Assembly: GCA_026990595.1 (NCBI GenBank) | Contig: JALXCZ010000011.1 | Span: forward strand, 25,312-89,311 | Source: Sulfurovum sp. | GTDB taxonomy: Bacteria > Campylobacterota > Campylobacteria > Campylobacterales > Sulfurovaceae | Reading direction: 5' to 3' | Length of the DNA stretch: 64,000 nucleotides | In this document: piece by piece, positions 63,939 to 64,000 of the stretch | Layout of the letters: each line of letters begins with the position of its first letter | How positions within the stretch are numbered: the stretch's first letter is position 1 | The notes under the pieces: generated by a model | What the model was told of the DNA's origin: nothing | The model's input: only the letters and a program-made list of their open reading frames with translations | Databases searched by the model: none | Program-made: the position numbers and the translations under genes

Positions 63939-64000
63939 TTTCTATCCTTTTTTTAAATCTTAGTTTACCTAGTATATCACTTTTTTGCTTAACACAATTT

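Overview
Mostly AT-rich bacterial chromosome segment. Gene content and order (rlmH-dksA-membrane protein-dus, tauE-uvrA, fused ccsBA, oadGAB-pckA, many TTG starts, TGnTATAAT promoters) suggest Campylobacterota, probably a Sulfurovum/Sulfurimonas-like sulfur chemolithotroph (inference). About 1-35 kb and 58-64 kb are mainly housekeeping genes. About 35.4-58 kb is an accessory efflux/redox/sulfur region: a TetR-TolC-MFP-RND operon, a GC-richer permease/thioredoxin/FmdE/CcdA block with a chromate-transporter remnant, a putative sulfur module, and a MacAB-TolC-like exporter. The sulfur module comprises a CDF transporter, a TsdA-like diheme cytochrome, two rhodaneses flanking a Tat-exported sulfur-oxygenase-reductase (SOR)-like protein, a TauE exporter and an alginate-export-type porin. 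The best candidate for a new system is the SOR-like protein: it keeps an H-x3-H...E iron triad, apparently has the SOR domains in swapped order, and lacks the catalytic cysteine. Non-coding highlights: a c-di-GMP-I-type riboswitch ahead of an unknown membrane gene, an identical 19-bp operator-like site at the tetR and CDF/sulfur-module promoters, an ArsR-type inverted repeat with no arsR in the window, and about five families of REP-like intergenic palindromes. No tRNA, rRNA, CRISPR array, integrase or transposase was recognised. All family calls come from motif recognition by eye; no database search was run.
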